NCBI GenBank assembly: GCA_030390025.1
Contig: CM059432.1
Span: 37,078,001 to 37,142,000, forward strand
DNA length: 64,000 nt
Direction: 5' to 3'
Origin: Squalus acanthias
Lineage: Eukaryota
Part shown: in pieces, positions 50,910 through 64,000 of the stretch
Numbering within the stretch: position 1 is the first letter of the stretch
Layout: every line of letters starts with the position of its first letter
Position numbers and translations under genes: made by a program
The notes under the pieces: generated by a model
The model's input: only the letters and a program-made list of their open reading frames with translations
Told to the model about the DNA's origin: nothing
Database searches by the model: none

Positions 50910-53530
50910 AACAGTGCTTCTCCGGATTGAGTTCCATTTGCCACTTTTCTGCCCACCTGACCAGTCCATTGATGTCTTCCTGCAGTCTCCAGCTTCCTGA
51001 CTATCAACCACACGGCCAATTTTTCTATCATCTGCAAACTTAATCATGCCCCCTACATTGAAGTCTAAATCATTGGTATAAACCACAAAAAGCAAGGATT
51101 CTAGTCCCTGCAGAACCCACCGGAAACAGCCTTCCAGTCACACACAAAATATGTCGGCCATTACTCTTTGCTTCCTGCCACTGAGCCAATTTTGGATCCA
51201 ACTTGTCACTTTCCCTTGGATGCCATGTACTTTCACTTTTCTGACCCGTCTGCCATGTGGGACCTTGTCAAAAACCTTGCTGAAATCCATGTAGACTTCA
51301 TCAAACGCGCTACCATCATCGACCCTCCTTGTTACCACCTCAAAAAATTAAATCAAGTTCGTCAGACACGACCTTCCCTTAACAAATCCATGCTGACTGT
51401 CATTGATTAATCTGTGCCTTTCTAAATGACGATTTATACTGTCCCTCAGAATTTTTTTCCCATAATTTGCCTACAACCAAGTTTAGCATGACTGGCCTGT
51501 AATTACTTGGTCTATCCGTTTCTCCCTTTTTTAAACAAGGGTACAATGTTAGCAATCCTCCAGTCCTCTGGCACCACACCTGAAGCCAGAGAGGATTGGA
51601 AAATGATGTTGAGAGACTGCTATTTTCTTGCTTTCAACAGTCTGGGACACATTTCATCTGGGCCTGGTGATTTATCTACTTTCAAAGATGCTAAATCCCT
51701 TAATATTTCCCCTCTCACTCTGTTTATCTCTACTAATATTTTGCACTCCTCCTTAACTACAATATCTGCATCCTCCCCTTTTGTGAAGACAGACGCAAAG
51801 TATTTATTAAGAAACATAGAAAAATAGGAGCAGGAGTAGGCCATTTGGCCCTTCGAGCCTGCTCCACCATTCAATATGATCATGGCTGATCCTCTATCTC
51901 CCCATACCCCTTGATGCCTTTTGTGTCTAGAAATCTATCTATCTCCTTCTTAAATATATTCAGTGACTCGGCCTCCACAGCCTTCTGTGGTAGAGAACTC
52001 CACAGCTTCACCACCCTCTGGGTGAAGAAATTTCTCCTCATCTCAGTCCTAAATGTCCTACCCCGTATCCTGAGACTGTGACCCCTCGTTCTAGACCCCC
52101 CCAGCCAGGGGAAACATCCTCCCTGCATCCAGTCTGTCTAGTCAAAATTTTATACGTTTCAATGAGATCCCCTCTTATTCTTCTAAACTCTAGTGAATAC
52201 AGGCCTAGTCGACCCAATCTCTCCTCATACGACAGTCCTGCCATCCCAGGAATCAGTCTGGTGAACCTTCGCTGCACTCCCTCTATGGCAAGTATATCCT
52301 TTCTTCGGTAAGGAGACCAAAACTGCACACAGTACTCCAGGTGTGGTCTCACCAAGGCTCTGTATAACTGTAGTAAGACATCCTTGCTCCTGTACTCAAA
52401 TCCTCTTGCAATGAAGGCCAACATACCATTTGCCTTCCTATCTGCTTGCTGCACCTGCATGCTTGCTTTCAGTGACTGGTGTACAAGGACACCCAGGTCC
52501 CTTTGTACATCAACATTTCCCAATCTATCACCATTTAAATAATACTCTGCCTTTCTGCTTTTCCTACTGAAGTGGATAACTTCACATTTATCCACGTTAT
52601 ACTGCATCTGCCATGTATTTGCCCACTCGCTCAACTTGTCTAAATCGCCTTGAAGCCTCTTTGCATCCTCCGCACAACTCACAATCCCACCTAGTTTCAT
52701 GTCGTCAGCAAACTTGGAGATACTGCATTTGGTTCCTTCATCCAAATCATTGATATATATTGTGAATAGCTGGGGCCCAAGCAGTGATCCCTGCGGTACC
52801 CCACGAGTCACCGCCTGCCACTCCAAAAAAGACCCATTTATTCCTACTCTTTGTTTCCTGTCTGTTAACCAATTTTCAATCCATGCCAGTATATTACCCC
52901 CAATCCCATGTGCTTTAATTTTGCACACTAACCTCTTATGTGGGACTTTATCAAAGGCCTTCTGAAAATCCAAATACACCACATCCACTGGTTCTCCTTG
53001 TCTGTTCTACCAGTTACATCCTCAAAAAACTCCAGTAGGTTTGTCAAACACAATTTCCCTTTCATAAATCCATGTTGACTTTGTCTAATCCCGTTGATAT
53101 TTTCTAAGTGTCCTGTTATCACATCCTTTATAATAGACTCTAGCATTTTCCCTAGTACTGATGTTAGGCTAACCGGTCTGTAGTTCCCTGTTTTCTCTCT
53201 CCCTTTTTTAAATAGAACCATACCTACATAGAAACATAGAATCTAGGAGCAGGAGTAGGCCATTCGGCCCGTCGAGCCTGCTCCACCATTCAATACGATC
53301 ATGGCTGATCATTCAAATCCAGTACCCTGTCCCTGCTTTACCGCCTGTGTGCACACCTTACCTTTTTGGCCTCTAATAGGCCCGACTCTTTCCTTAGTTA
53401 TCCTCGTGCTCTTTATATATTTATAAAACATCTGTGGTTTTCCTTGATTTTACTTGCCAATTTTTTTAATGCCATCTCTATGCTTTCCTAATTTCCTTTT
53501 TTAATTTCACCCCTGCACGTTCTATACTAT
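50910..53530 (-). mobile_element. Older CR1 ORF2 fragment carrying two younger CR1 insertions (~51810-53213 and ~53228-53340)
   Basis: Host fragments MDFSKVFDKVPH and KSPGPDEMCPRLL. The young insert carries the 316-aa RT ORF 52038..52988 and a tail at 51810. A second tail starts at ~53228. Confidence 0.85.
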
Positions 53531-54949
53531 AAGAACAGCGAGTTCTCCTGATGTCCTGGCCATGGTTCGTCCCTCAGCCAAAAAAAAAAGGATTAACTGG
53601 AGCAGGGGTTTGATGGGGTGAGATGTCATGTTGCATTCAAGCTTCAAGTATTCACAATGCCCATCATGACTGCCTCTGGCTGCAGGCTATCTTCTATTTT
53701 AATAACGTTTCTGAAATGGGCACTTAAAAAAAAAAAAGTAATAAGTTGCAGTTTAGTACAAAATATAATTTAAATGCAACAGGGGTACTGTACTTAACTG
53801 AACAGGCTGGATAGGTTAATGATAGATAAATATTGTGCCATTTTTTCCTCCATTTGTTTGTGTGACTTCTCTGCATTAGTATCAGGCAAAATGCCATAAA
53901 TGTTCGTAGTAATGCTAAGATTTGAAAACATTTTGAGTAGGACAATTATATGAAGGCTGTTCAATTATCAGTTTATCACGGATGAATCCTCTTGAGGCTA
54001 CATGAAGTACATAATGAGCATCTGAGTGAGTTTTTAAATACTGCAGCCTCACAGCCGACATGTTCTGTTTGTCATCTGGCAGATTCTTGTAATTTTATTG
54101 AATCTAGTGACTGGTTTGAAAAGCGGTTTTAAAATTAGTGGATCAGCAGGTTAAGCGAATGAAACAGCTGAGCCGCAAAGAGCGTGAAGGTCACTGGTTT
54201 GACCCTAGCCTCAGCTGGGCTGGCATTTGCAGATGTTGGTCAGTTTCTGGGTTACAGAGAGGGAAAATTGGCCAGAGTTTCCACTCCTGATTGCTGCCCT
54301 TCAAACCCTGCAGGTGCAGGTTTGTGAATGTCTGGTGACAACAGTGTCTTGTTTGGCTCTGACCTGCACAGTCGTATAGGTGCTGCCACTATTTTTTGTG
54401 AGCCATTCTTGTGTGTAGCTTCATGCTGCAAGATGTGCATATACACATGGGAGGCATTGCAGTGCAGTAAAATAAGAGGCTACAATGCATTGGTGCTCTG
54501 ACTCTTTGCCAGAGGGTGGTGGGATACACAAGTGCACACCTAAGTTGTCTTTTCCCCCTCAATGTAGTGAATGAGAAAAGGAACTTAATTTAATTTTTTG
54601 CTCTTTGAATGTGAATGATGCTGACAAGATTACATTCACAGCCATAGGGTGGTGGGCCCCCTTCAACAGCTGCAGTCCTTGTGCTGATTCTGCTCTCAAT
54701 AGTATTCACAATTGATTAGCTTGCAAGGCCACATCAGAGGGCATTAAATCACACACTTGGTGTGAGACTGGAGTTCTGTAGGCCAGAGCAGGGATGGGTG
54801 GCAGGTTCCTTTCCTTGAAGGACACCAGTGAACCAGTTGGTACTTGATGACAATTCAGCAGCTTTCATGGTTCATTTTCTCTCAGATTATAAATTGCCAG
54901 TTTTATTGAATTCGATTACACAACTTGTCATGGTGAGATTTGAACTGAG

Positions 54950-55780
54950 TTGGTTGAGTTCTTTGATGAAGTCACGGAGAGGGATGATGTGTATCTGGCC
55001 TTTCAACAGGCATTTGATGAACTACCACATAATAGACTTGTTAGCAAAATTGAAACCCATCTGATTAAAGGGGCCGAGGCGCTGTGGGTGCAAAATTGGC
55101 TAAGTTACAGAAAGCAGAGAGCAGTGATGAACAGTTGTTTTTCAGACTGGAGGGAAGTATACAGTGGTGTTCCCCAGGGTCAGTATTGGGACCACTGCGC
55201 TTTTTGATAGATTAATGACCTGGAAATGGGCAGATGAAATTTAATGCGGAGAAGTGTGGTGATACATTTTGGTAGGGAGAATGAGGAGAGGCAATATAAA
55301 CTCAATGGTACAGTTTTTTAAAAAGGTGCAGGAACAGAGACCCCTGGGGATGTAGGTACACAAATCTTTGAAGATGGCAGGACAAGTTGAGAAGGCTGTT
55401 AAAAAGGCATATGGAGTCCTTGACTTTATAAATAAAGCAAGAAAGTTATGCTAAACCATTATAAACACTGGTTGGGCTTCAGTTGGAGTATCATGCTCAA
55501 TTTTGGGCACCACACTTTAGGAAGGATGTCAAGGCCTTAGAGGGTGCAGAAGAGATTTACTAGAATGGTAATGGGGACGAAGGACTTCAGTTACGTGGAG
55601 AGACTGGAGAAGGTGGGGTTGTTCTTGGCGCAGAGAAGGTTAAGAGGAGATTTGATAGAGATGTTCAAAATTTGAACAGGGCTATGGGGAAAGAGCAGGG
55701 GGATGGGACTAATTGGATAGCTCTATCAAAAAGGCACGATGGGTTGAATGGCCTCTTTCTGTGCTGTATCATTCTGTGAT
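54950..55780 (+). mobile_element. Decayed CR1 RT/3' fragment with internal deletions
   Basis: Contains EFFDEVT..YLAFQQAFDELPH..SGVPQG; tail gatgggttgaatggcctctttctgtgctgtatcattctgtga. Confidence 0.8.
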
Positions 55781-56322
55781 GTGTGCAAAGGGAGGGGAAA
55801 TGGCTTGAGTTAGCATGCTTATTCACTTCCCAATTGATTGCTTGAGCAGTGATTTTTTTTTTTCATTAGTAATGATGCATTGTTGGGTTGGGGATGCGGA
55901 GGTTACTCTCCATGTAAGTAGTCCAGTGAGCGAAAATGCAGCCTTCAGGGGAGTTAATTAATCTTTGGGACAAGAGAAATGAACCGCAGTGGGCTTTTCC
56001 AGTTCTGTTTCTGGCTGTTTGAGAGTGCCACCTGCTAGCTCAAGCTTGGAGGAAGGGAAATGTGCAAACAATTCATATTTAACTATTTTACATATGTAGA
56101 AGACTGTCCGAGGAGGAAGGTAGTGTAGAAAAATTGAAGACAGAATTGGATGGATATTTGAGCGAGTAAGTGATCAAGAGCCAACAGTTCAGTTTTTGAG
56201 ATTGTCCAGATGGCTCGTGACCTGAGCTTTTTCAAGTTCTTTAATTGATTGGCTGTAAGTCTAATTTGTAAATGCTACTGATTGATTTGAACAAAAGTTA
56301 AGTTTAATCTTTTGCTTTGTAG

Positions 56323-56625
<303 letters not shown>

Positions 56626-58387
56626 TAAAAAGAGACTATGTAAGAAATTAAAACTGAAAGCAAGTTGGAGACAAAGGAGACCATTTTCTTAGTTGATTCA
56701 GTTAAAAAGGAAAGTTCCCTAAACCATCACAAAGCCAGCTGTTTCTTGAACAGTTCAGATTTTTGTTTCCACTGCTCTACTTGGAAGTCCATTCCATGTT
56801 AATCACTGTGTGATGACTTTATAAACAGTTCTAAATTTGCTTTCTCCCAGTTTGAATCTGCGCTCGCATCTTGTGTCAGGGTTTACTTTCAACTTTCCTT
56901 TCTTAGACCATTTGCTATCTTGTCTTCCCCTCTGGCTGAATTCTCATTCACCTCTTTTCAAGAGTCTAGGATTCTATAATCTACCCTCAGGCCTTCAACT
57001 TGCATTAAAAAAAAATCTTTCCTAGTTAGTGATTACTGACTATATTCCAGCTGGAATGGAGTGTAAAGTCATAAAACGCAATGGGATGAAATATCTTGTT
57101 ACTTGTATGATATCGTTGCGGTCCACTGAGCTTGTGTCTTTCTTCCTCCAACCATTCAAGTTACCAGTGTACCGTTAAGTGTTCTGGCATTTTACTTGGT
57201 TAGCCTTTCAATGTCGAACTTTTTTCTCCAACCATTCTGCTGAGTAATACTGCTGAGCCGCAGCTGACACCTTGGATTGTATCTTTGTAACTCTCTCTGT
57301 GATATCTTTACTTTATCAGAATGTGAATCATGACTCAGTTGCTGATGAGCAATGCTTCCCTTCTGAAGTGAGCTGTTGATTTATTCACAGTACTTAATCA
57401 CAAGTGATTTATCTCTCCCCTTCCCTGAAATGTAAAATGGGTTTGATTTTTTTTAAACCAGTGCCATCAGTCATCTTAAATTTGTGGTTCTGCTTGTAAT
57501 TGGTGAAAAGGCCTTTGTACAAGGAGCTTCAAACCTTTCTTTGTGTCCAGGGGCAAGACAAGACAATGTTTTGTTGAGTCCATGTTTTGGGGAGAGAATG
57601 GGCCAGATTGCAAAACACGAGTAGTGTGGATAACTGGCATGATTGTGGTGCTTCACGCAATTGAACACCGTCTGCTGATCAGTTTCGCCCTTCTGCTTAC
57701 TCTTTTTTTTTCTAGTTTAATACTGTACTATTCTTTTGCCCTATTTGGGTGGTGAAATAGCACAATCTGCTCAGGTTCAGGTTTCCAACTGTTTCTCCTT
57801 TTCACTCTCTTGGGCTATGAGTAGAGAGCAGGGCAGTGGGATTGTAGCCAGGCACGATGGGCCGAATGGACCCCTGCGCTGTTAACTACTTTTGATTTTT
57901 ATGGCCCCAAGAGAATTGCTTACCAATGGTATTGTAGTATTAGAAACATAATGTTTAGGATTTGAAAAAAATATCTGCCTTCAATGTTAGCAGTCCATCT
58001 TGAACTTGCTGACACTATCGACCTCCACTGTTTCCCTGGCTACTATATTTCACACATCAACCTAGCGAAGTAGCTAAATCTAAACTACTGTTCACCTTCC
58101 CTCTATTGGGATTGAGGCCACGCTCACTGGTTGCTGAGTCTGTGGTTGTCGAACATTGCATTATGGTCTAATTTATCTGATACAACTCTGTAGCTTCCCA
58201 GGCTACTTGACACTTTGGTGTGGGGCTACAGTCACGTTGGCCAGACCAGGTAAGGCTGGTAGGTTTCCTTCCTCAAGGGCATTAGTGAACCAGTTGGGTT
58301 TTAAACGACAATTTGACAGCTTCACTGTCACTTTTCCAGTTTAAAAAAAAAAATGAATTCAAATTCTCAAACTGCCATGGTGGAACT

Positions 58388-61300
58388 CATAACATAAGAA
58401 ATAAGAGCAGGAGCAGGCCATTCGGCCCCTCGAGCCTGCTCCACCATTTAATGAGATCATGGCCGATCCGATTTCGGCCTGAACTCCACTTTCCTGCCCG
58501 CTCCCCATAACCCTTGACTCCCCTGTTGCTCAAAAATCTGTCTATCTCAGCCTTGAATATATTCAATGACTCAGCTTCCACAGCTCTCTGGGGAAGAGAA
58601 TTCCAAAGATTCACGACCCTCTGAGAAAATAAATTCCTCCTCATCTCCGTCTTAAATGGGCGACCCCTTATTCTGAGACTATGCCCCCTCGTTCTAGATT
58701 CCCTGACTAGGGGAAACATCCTCTCAGCATCTACCCTGTCCAACCCCCTCAGAATCTTATGTTTCAATAAGATCACCTCTCATTCTTCTAAACTCAAATG
58801 AGTATAGGCTCAACCTTTCCTCAAAAGACAACCCTTCCATCTCAGGAATCAACCTAGTGAACCTTCTCTGAACTGCCTCCAATGCAAGTATATCCCTCCT
58901 TAAATAAGGGGACCAAAACGGTACGCAGTACTCCAGGTGTGGTCTCACCAGCGCCCTATACAGTTGTAGCAAGACTTCCCTACTTTTATGCTCCATCCCC
59001 CTTGCAATAAAGGCCAACATTCCATTTGCCTTCCTAATTACTTGCTGCACCTGCATGTTAACTTTTTGTGTTTCATGTACGAGGACACCCAAATCCCTCT
59101 GTACCACCGCATTCTGTAGTCTCTCTCCATTTAAATATTTTTCTTTTCTATTCTTCCTACCAAAGTGACTAACTTCACATTTACCCACATTACACTCCAT
59201 CTGCCAAATTCTTGCCCGCTCACTTAACCTATCTATATCCCTTTGCAGACTCTGTGTCTTCCTCACAACTTGCTTTCCTATCTTTGTATCGTCTGCAAAT
59301 TTGGCTACAATACACTCGCTTCCTTTATCCAAGTCATTAATATAGATTGTAAATAGTTGAGGCCCCAGCACGGATCCCTGTGGCACCCCACTAGTTACGG
59401 ATTGCCATCCTGAAAATTACCCATTTATCCCGACTCTCTGTTTCTGTTAGTTAGCCAATCCTCTATCCAATCTAATATTACCCCCAACACCATGAGCTCT
59501 TATCTTATGCAGTAACCTTTTATGTGGCACCTTATCGAATGCCTTTTGGAAATCCAAATACACGACATCTACTAGTTCCCCTTTATCCACCCTGCTCGTT
59601 ACCTCCTCAAAGAACTCTAATAGATTTGTCAAACACGATTTCCCTTTCATACAATCAAACAGAGTCAACATGGTTTTATTATGATTTTCTAAATGCCCTG
59701 CTACTACTTCCTTAATAATTGATTCAAGCAATTTGCCAATGACAGATGTTCGGCTAACTGGCTTATAGTTTCCTGCTTTCTGTCTCGCTCCTTTTTTGAA
59801 TATGGGCGTTAGATTTGCGGTTTTCCAAGCCGCAGGGACTTCTCCAGAGTCGAGCGAATTTTGGTAGATTACAACCAATGCATCCACTATCTCTGCAGCC
59901 ACTTCATTTAAGACCCTAGGATGCAGGCCATCAGGTCCAGGGGACTTGTCAGTCTTTAGACCCATAAGTTTGCCTAGCACTTTTTCTCTCGTGATGGTGA
60001 TTGTTTTAAGTTCCTCCCTCCCCTTTGCCCCTTGATTTTCTAATATTACTGGGATGTTTTTAGTGTCCTCTACTGTGAAGACAGATACAAAATATTTGTT
60101 CAATGCCTCTTCCATTTCTTTGTTTCCCATTATTATTTCCCCAGTCTTGTCTTCTAAGGGACCAACGTTTATTTTAGCTACTCTCTTCCTTTTTATATAC
60201 TTGTAGAAGCTCTTACTGTCTGTTTTTATATTTCTTGCTCGTTTACTCTCAAGCTCTTTTCTCCCTCTTATTTTGCCATCCTTTGCTGGTTTCTAAAATG
60301 TTCCCAATCTTCTGGCCTGCCACAAATCTTTGCAGCATTGTATGCCTTTTCTTTCAATTTGATACCATCTTCCTTGGTTAGCCATGGTTGGTTCATCCTT
60401 CTCTTCGAGTCTTTCTTTCTCACTAAAATATATCTTTGTTGAGAGTCATGAAATATCTCTTTAAATGTCTGCCACTGCTTTTCTACTGTCTTACCTTCTA
60501 ATCTATTTTCCCAGTCCACTTGAGCCAACTCTCTCCTCATACCTTTGTAATTGCCTTATTGAAGTTTAATACTCTAGTTTTAGACCCAAGTTTCTCACCT
60601 TCAAACTGAATGTGGAATTCTATCATGTTATGATCACTCTTTCCCGAGAGGATCCTTTATTATGAGATCATTAATTAATCCTGTTTCATTGCACATTACC
60701 AGATCTAAAATAGCCTGTTCCCTGGTCGCTTCCACAACGTATTGTTCCAAGAAACTGTTCAGAATACACTCTATGAACTCGTCCTCGAGGCTGCTTTTGC
60801 CAATTTGATTTGTCCAATCTAGATGAAGATTAAAATTGCCCACGATTACTTTTCGTACAAGCCCCCATTATTTCTTGATTTATACTCTGTCCTAGAGTGT
60901 AGCTACTGTTAGGGGGCCTATAGACTACTCCCACCAGTGCCTTCTTTCCCTTACTATTTCTTACCTCCACCCAAATCAACTCTACATCTGGAACTTCCGA
61001 GCCAAGATCATTTCTCACTATTGTACTGATCTCATATTAACAGAGCTACCCCACCTCCTTTTCCTTTCTGTCTTTCCTTCTGAAATGTCAAATACCCCTG
61101 AATATTCAGTTCCCAGCCTTGGTCACTTTGCAACCACGTCTCTGTGATGGCTATTGGATCATACCCATTTATTTCTATTTGTGCTGTCAATTCATCGATC
61201 ATGTTACAACTGCTGCGTACATTCAGATAAAGAGCCTTTAATTTTGTCTGTCATTTTTCCCTACTCTGACCTTATTTGATGGTGCACTCATGCTTGTACG

Positions 61301-62570
61301 TTCTGTCCCTTCCTGTCACACTCTGGTTTTCATTGCCCATGTCGCTACCCTGCACTATTGCCCTGTCCTTTCTCTTTAACTTTCTAAATTTCCCCTTGCT
61401 TGAACCCTTACCCCCCCCCCCCCACCACTATTCAGTTTAAAGCCCTATCTACAGCCTTAGTTATTCAATTCACCAGGACACTGGTCCCAGCATGGTTCAA
61501 GTGAAGGCTGTCCCAACGGAACAGCTCCCTCTTTCCCCAGTACTGGTGCCAGTGCCCCATGAATCAAAACTCATTTCTCCCACACCAATCCTTGAGCCAC
61601 GCATTCAGCTCTCTGATCTTATTGACCCTATGCCAATTTGCTCGTGGCTCAGGTAGTAATCCAGAGATTATTACCTTTGTGGTTCTGCTTTTTAATTTGG
61701 ACCCTAGCTGCTCATACTCCCGCAGCAGAACCTCTTTTAGTCCTACCGATGTCGTTGGTTCCTACGTGGACCACGACAACTGGTTCCTTCACCTCCCACT
61801 CCAAGTTCCTCTCCAGCCCCGAGGCAGATGTCCTTACTCCTGGCACCGGGCAGGCAACGCAGCCTTCGGGACTCACGCTCTCGGCTGCAGAGAACAGTAT
61901 CTATCCCCCTAACTATACTGTCTCCTACCACTACGACATTCCTTTTTATGGCCCCCTGTACCACGGTGCTGTGATCAGTTTGCTCATCCTCCCTGCAGTC
62001 CCTGCTCTCGTCCACACAGGTTGCAAGAACCTCGTAACTGTTGGACAAGTGCAAGGGCTGAGACTTCTCCAATGCTACCTTCTGGATCCCCATACCTGCC
62101 TCACTGGCTGGCAGACACACACTCCTGTCCCTGACCACAGGCCAAATCTGAAGTATTTAACCTAAGGAGTGTGACTGCCTCTTGGAACCAAGTGTCCAGG
62201 TAACTTTCTCCCTCCCTGATGTATCTCAATGTCTGCAGCTCAGATTCCAGCTCATCAACTCTGAGCCGAAGTTCCTCGAGCTGCAGACACTTAGTGCCGA
62301 TGCGGTCACCCTGGATCACACTGGTGTCCACCAGCTCCCACATGCTACAGCTGCAACACATCACCTGCCTTGCCATCTCTATTGTATTTTATTTAATTAA
62401 TTACGTAAATATCAATCAATTGTCTATTTATAGTTTTTAAACTAGGTAATAACCTTGTTTAATGTATTAAATTTATTAAAATAAGTTTAGTTATATGCTA
62501 TAGGTCTTTACTGTAACTTAGCCCTCAGTCCTAAGAGAAAATAAATACTCACCACCAATCACCTACCTGC
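58388..62570 (-). mobile_element. Near full-length CR1 LINE (ORF1 zinc finger/esterase + ORF2 + tail), frameshifted
   Basis: ORF1 has MARQVMCCSCSMWE..CLQLEELRLRVDELESEL and VVVVGDSIVRG (SGNH block I). ORF2 has [19 protein letters not shown] and KFADDTK. Tail at 58388. Confidence 0.92.
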
Positions 62571-62574
62571 TTAA

Positions 62575-62925
62575 GTGTAGTATTGAGGGAGTGCTGCGTT
62601 GTCACAAGTGCTGTCTTTCGGATCAGACTTTAATCAAAGGTCCCACCTTTCCCCTTGGGTGGACATAACTGGTCCAATGGCAATATTCTAACAGAGCAGG
62701 GGAGTTCTCTTGGTGTCTTGTCAATGTTTATCCCTCAACCAGCAACATGAAAAATCGATTATCTGGTTATTATCTCCGTGGTATTTGTGGAACTGTGCTG
62801 TGCGCAGATTGTTCGTCGCTTTCCTACATTACAACAATCACTAAATTTTACAAGTACTGTATTGCCTGTGAAGTGCTTTGGGACATCCTGATGTTGTGAA
62901 AGGCGCTATATAAATAAGTTGTTTA
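62575..62925 (+). mobile_element. DeuSINE (SacSINE1-like) body and L2-type tail
   Basis: Contains agagcaggggagttctcttggtgtc and ends gtgaaaggcgctatataaat. Confidence 0.75.
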
Positions 62926-64000
62926 ACACCCAGTGGTCATGCAGGTCGCTCCAGCACATGATCTGGAACAGTTAGGTAGATAAACCGGTTGTGTCTGTTA
63001 ATTGCTATCCCTTCTGCTTCCTGTATGATGATCTGTTGGGATGAAGTGCTTTGGCTCATTTGATCTCATTCCTTCCAGTAAACCAACCTGACTGACCCTC
63101 CCATTAAAGTGTTTTAATGTCCATTGGAGCAGGCAGACTAACTTGCAGATACACAACAGTTGGAGTAAACTATTGGCTGCAGTTTTCCTTGTATATGCCA
63201 TTCTGCAAGAGGAAAACATTCAACCCTGTCCCCCTTGTCTCCTTCAAAAGTCATTTTTCTTTATCCACACCTTTGGTCGCCTCTCCTCCTTCCTGCTCAT
63301 TATCAACCACTCCTTGGTTGCATGAACAATGCTGTGCAATTGTTTTCCTCTTCCCTTTCCCTTCTGCTGAATTTAGGATAAGGTACATGATGGTGAAAGA
63401 CAGCAGCTGCTTACAATTTATATGGAGTGTGTAACAAAGCAGATGGTTTTCCAGCACCTTGTAGGTAGAGTTCAGACCCCAGTGGGAGGGACAGAGGATG
63501 AATGAAAATGATCTTGCTGCATTTTTGCACCTCTGGGAGAAGAGGAATGGGGAACGTGCTGCTTTGTCACCAGGGTAAATATGTGCATTTACTGAGCCAG
63601 CATTATCAAATTTGGTTGATGGGTCTCTTAAACACTAATGAGACAGCAGAAGAACGGTCCTTGTCTGACCTTGTTAGAGCTTGACTGCTTAATGAGCTGT
63701 CCACCTTCGCTCCGCCACACACGATTATGACAGATTAATGAGAAATTTGTCTTGGTTGTAACAATCAAATTGAATAAATGGAATCATTTGCTCGACTCTT
63801 TAGTCTACCTTTCCTTTGGAGGGGTTATGTCTGTTGAAATTTCCTGCAGTGCTGAATGTCAAAGGGTGATATTTGTACAACTATGGTCACCTGTGTTTAC
63901 AAATAGAGCCTGAAGTGAAGAGGACAGACAACTTAGTTAACCCGTGTGATTGCTGGGATTTGAGAGACTTGGAGTAATTGCACTGGGCGTATCAGTGGAA

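Noticed and set aside
52038..52988. 316-aa reverse transcriptase ORF as a functional gene or retron-like system
   Set aside because: It is a 5'-truncated CR1 ORF2 fragment with frameshifts on both sides.
57338..57420. CTGATGA motif as a hammerhead or C/D snoRNA
   Set aside because: No stem II followed by GAAA; the nearest CTGA is too close for a snoRNA; only a short ttgct/agcaa hairpin is present.

Overview
Vertebrate (shark/elasmobranch-like) genomic DNA, not prokaryotic. The window lies inside one long + strand gene, SMARCC1 (BAF155, SWI/SNF core subunit). Twelve coding exons (8673-56581) have GT-AG boundaries and compatible phases, and splice into one open frame running from the end of the chromo-like region through the SWIRM domain to the SANT domain. 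Start and stop codons lie outside the window. The introns are packed with decayed and nested retroelements: vertebrate CR1 LINEs (some with a zinc-finger/esterase ORF1), a second CR1-group LINE, L2, an RTE LINE, HE1 V-SINE, SacSINE1-like DeuSINEs and another tRNA-SINE. Small DNA transposon remnants (hAT MITE, TTAA MITE, Harbinger Myb/SANT, Tigger-like) are also present. The most notable observations are: Penelope-like fragments with a minimal hammerhead ribozyme, plus a perfect 68-bp fold-back made at a hammerhead stem; a candidate 19-nt poison micro-exon; a CpG-rich 34-bp minisatellite with two allele blocks; and long oppositely oriented CR1 copies flanking the exons. All family names come from recognising motifs by eye, with no database search, and repeat boundaries are approximate.
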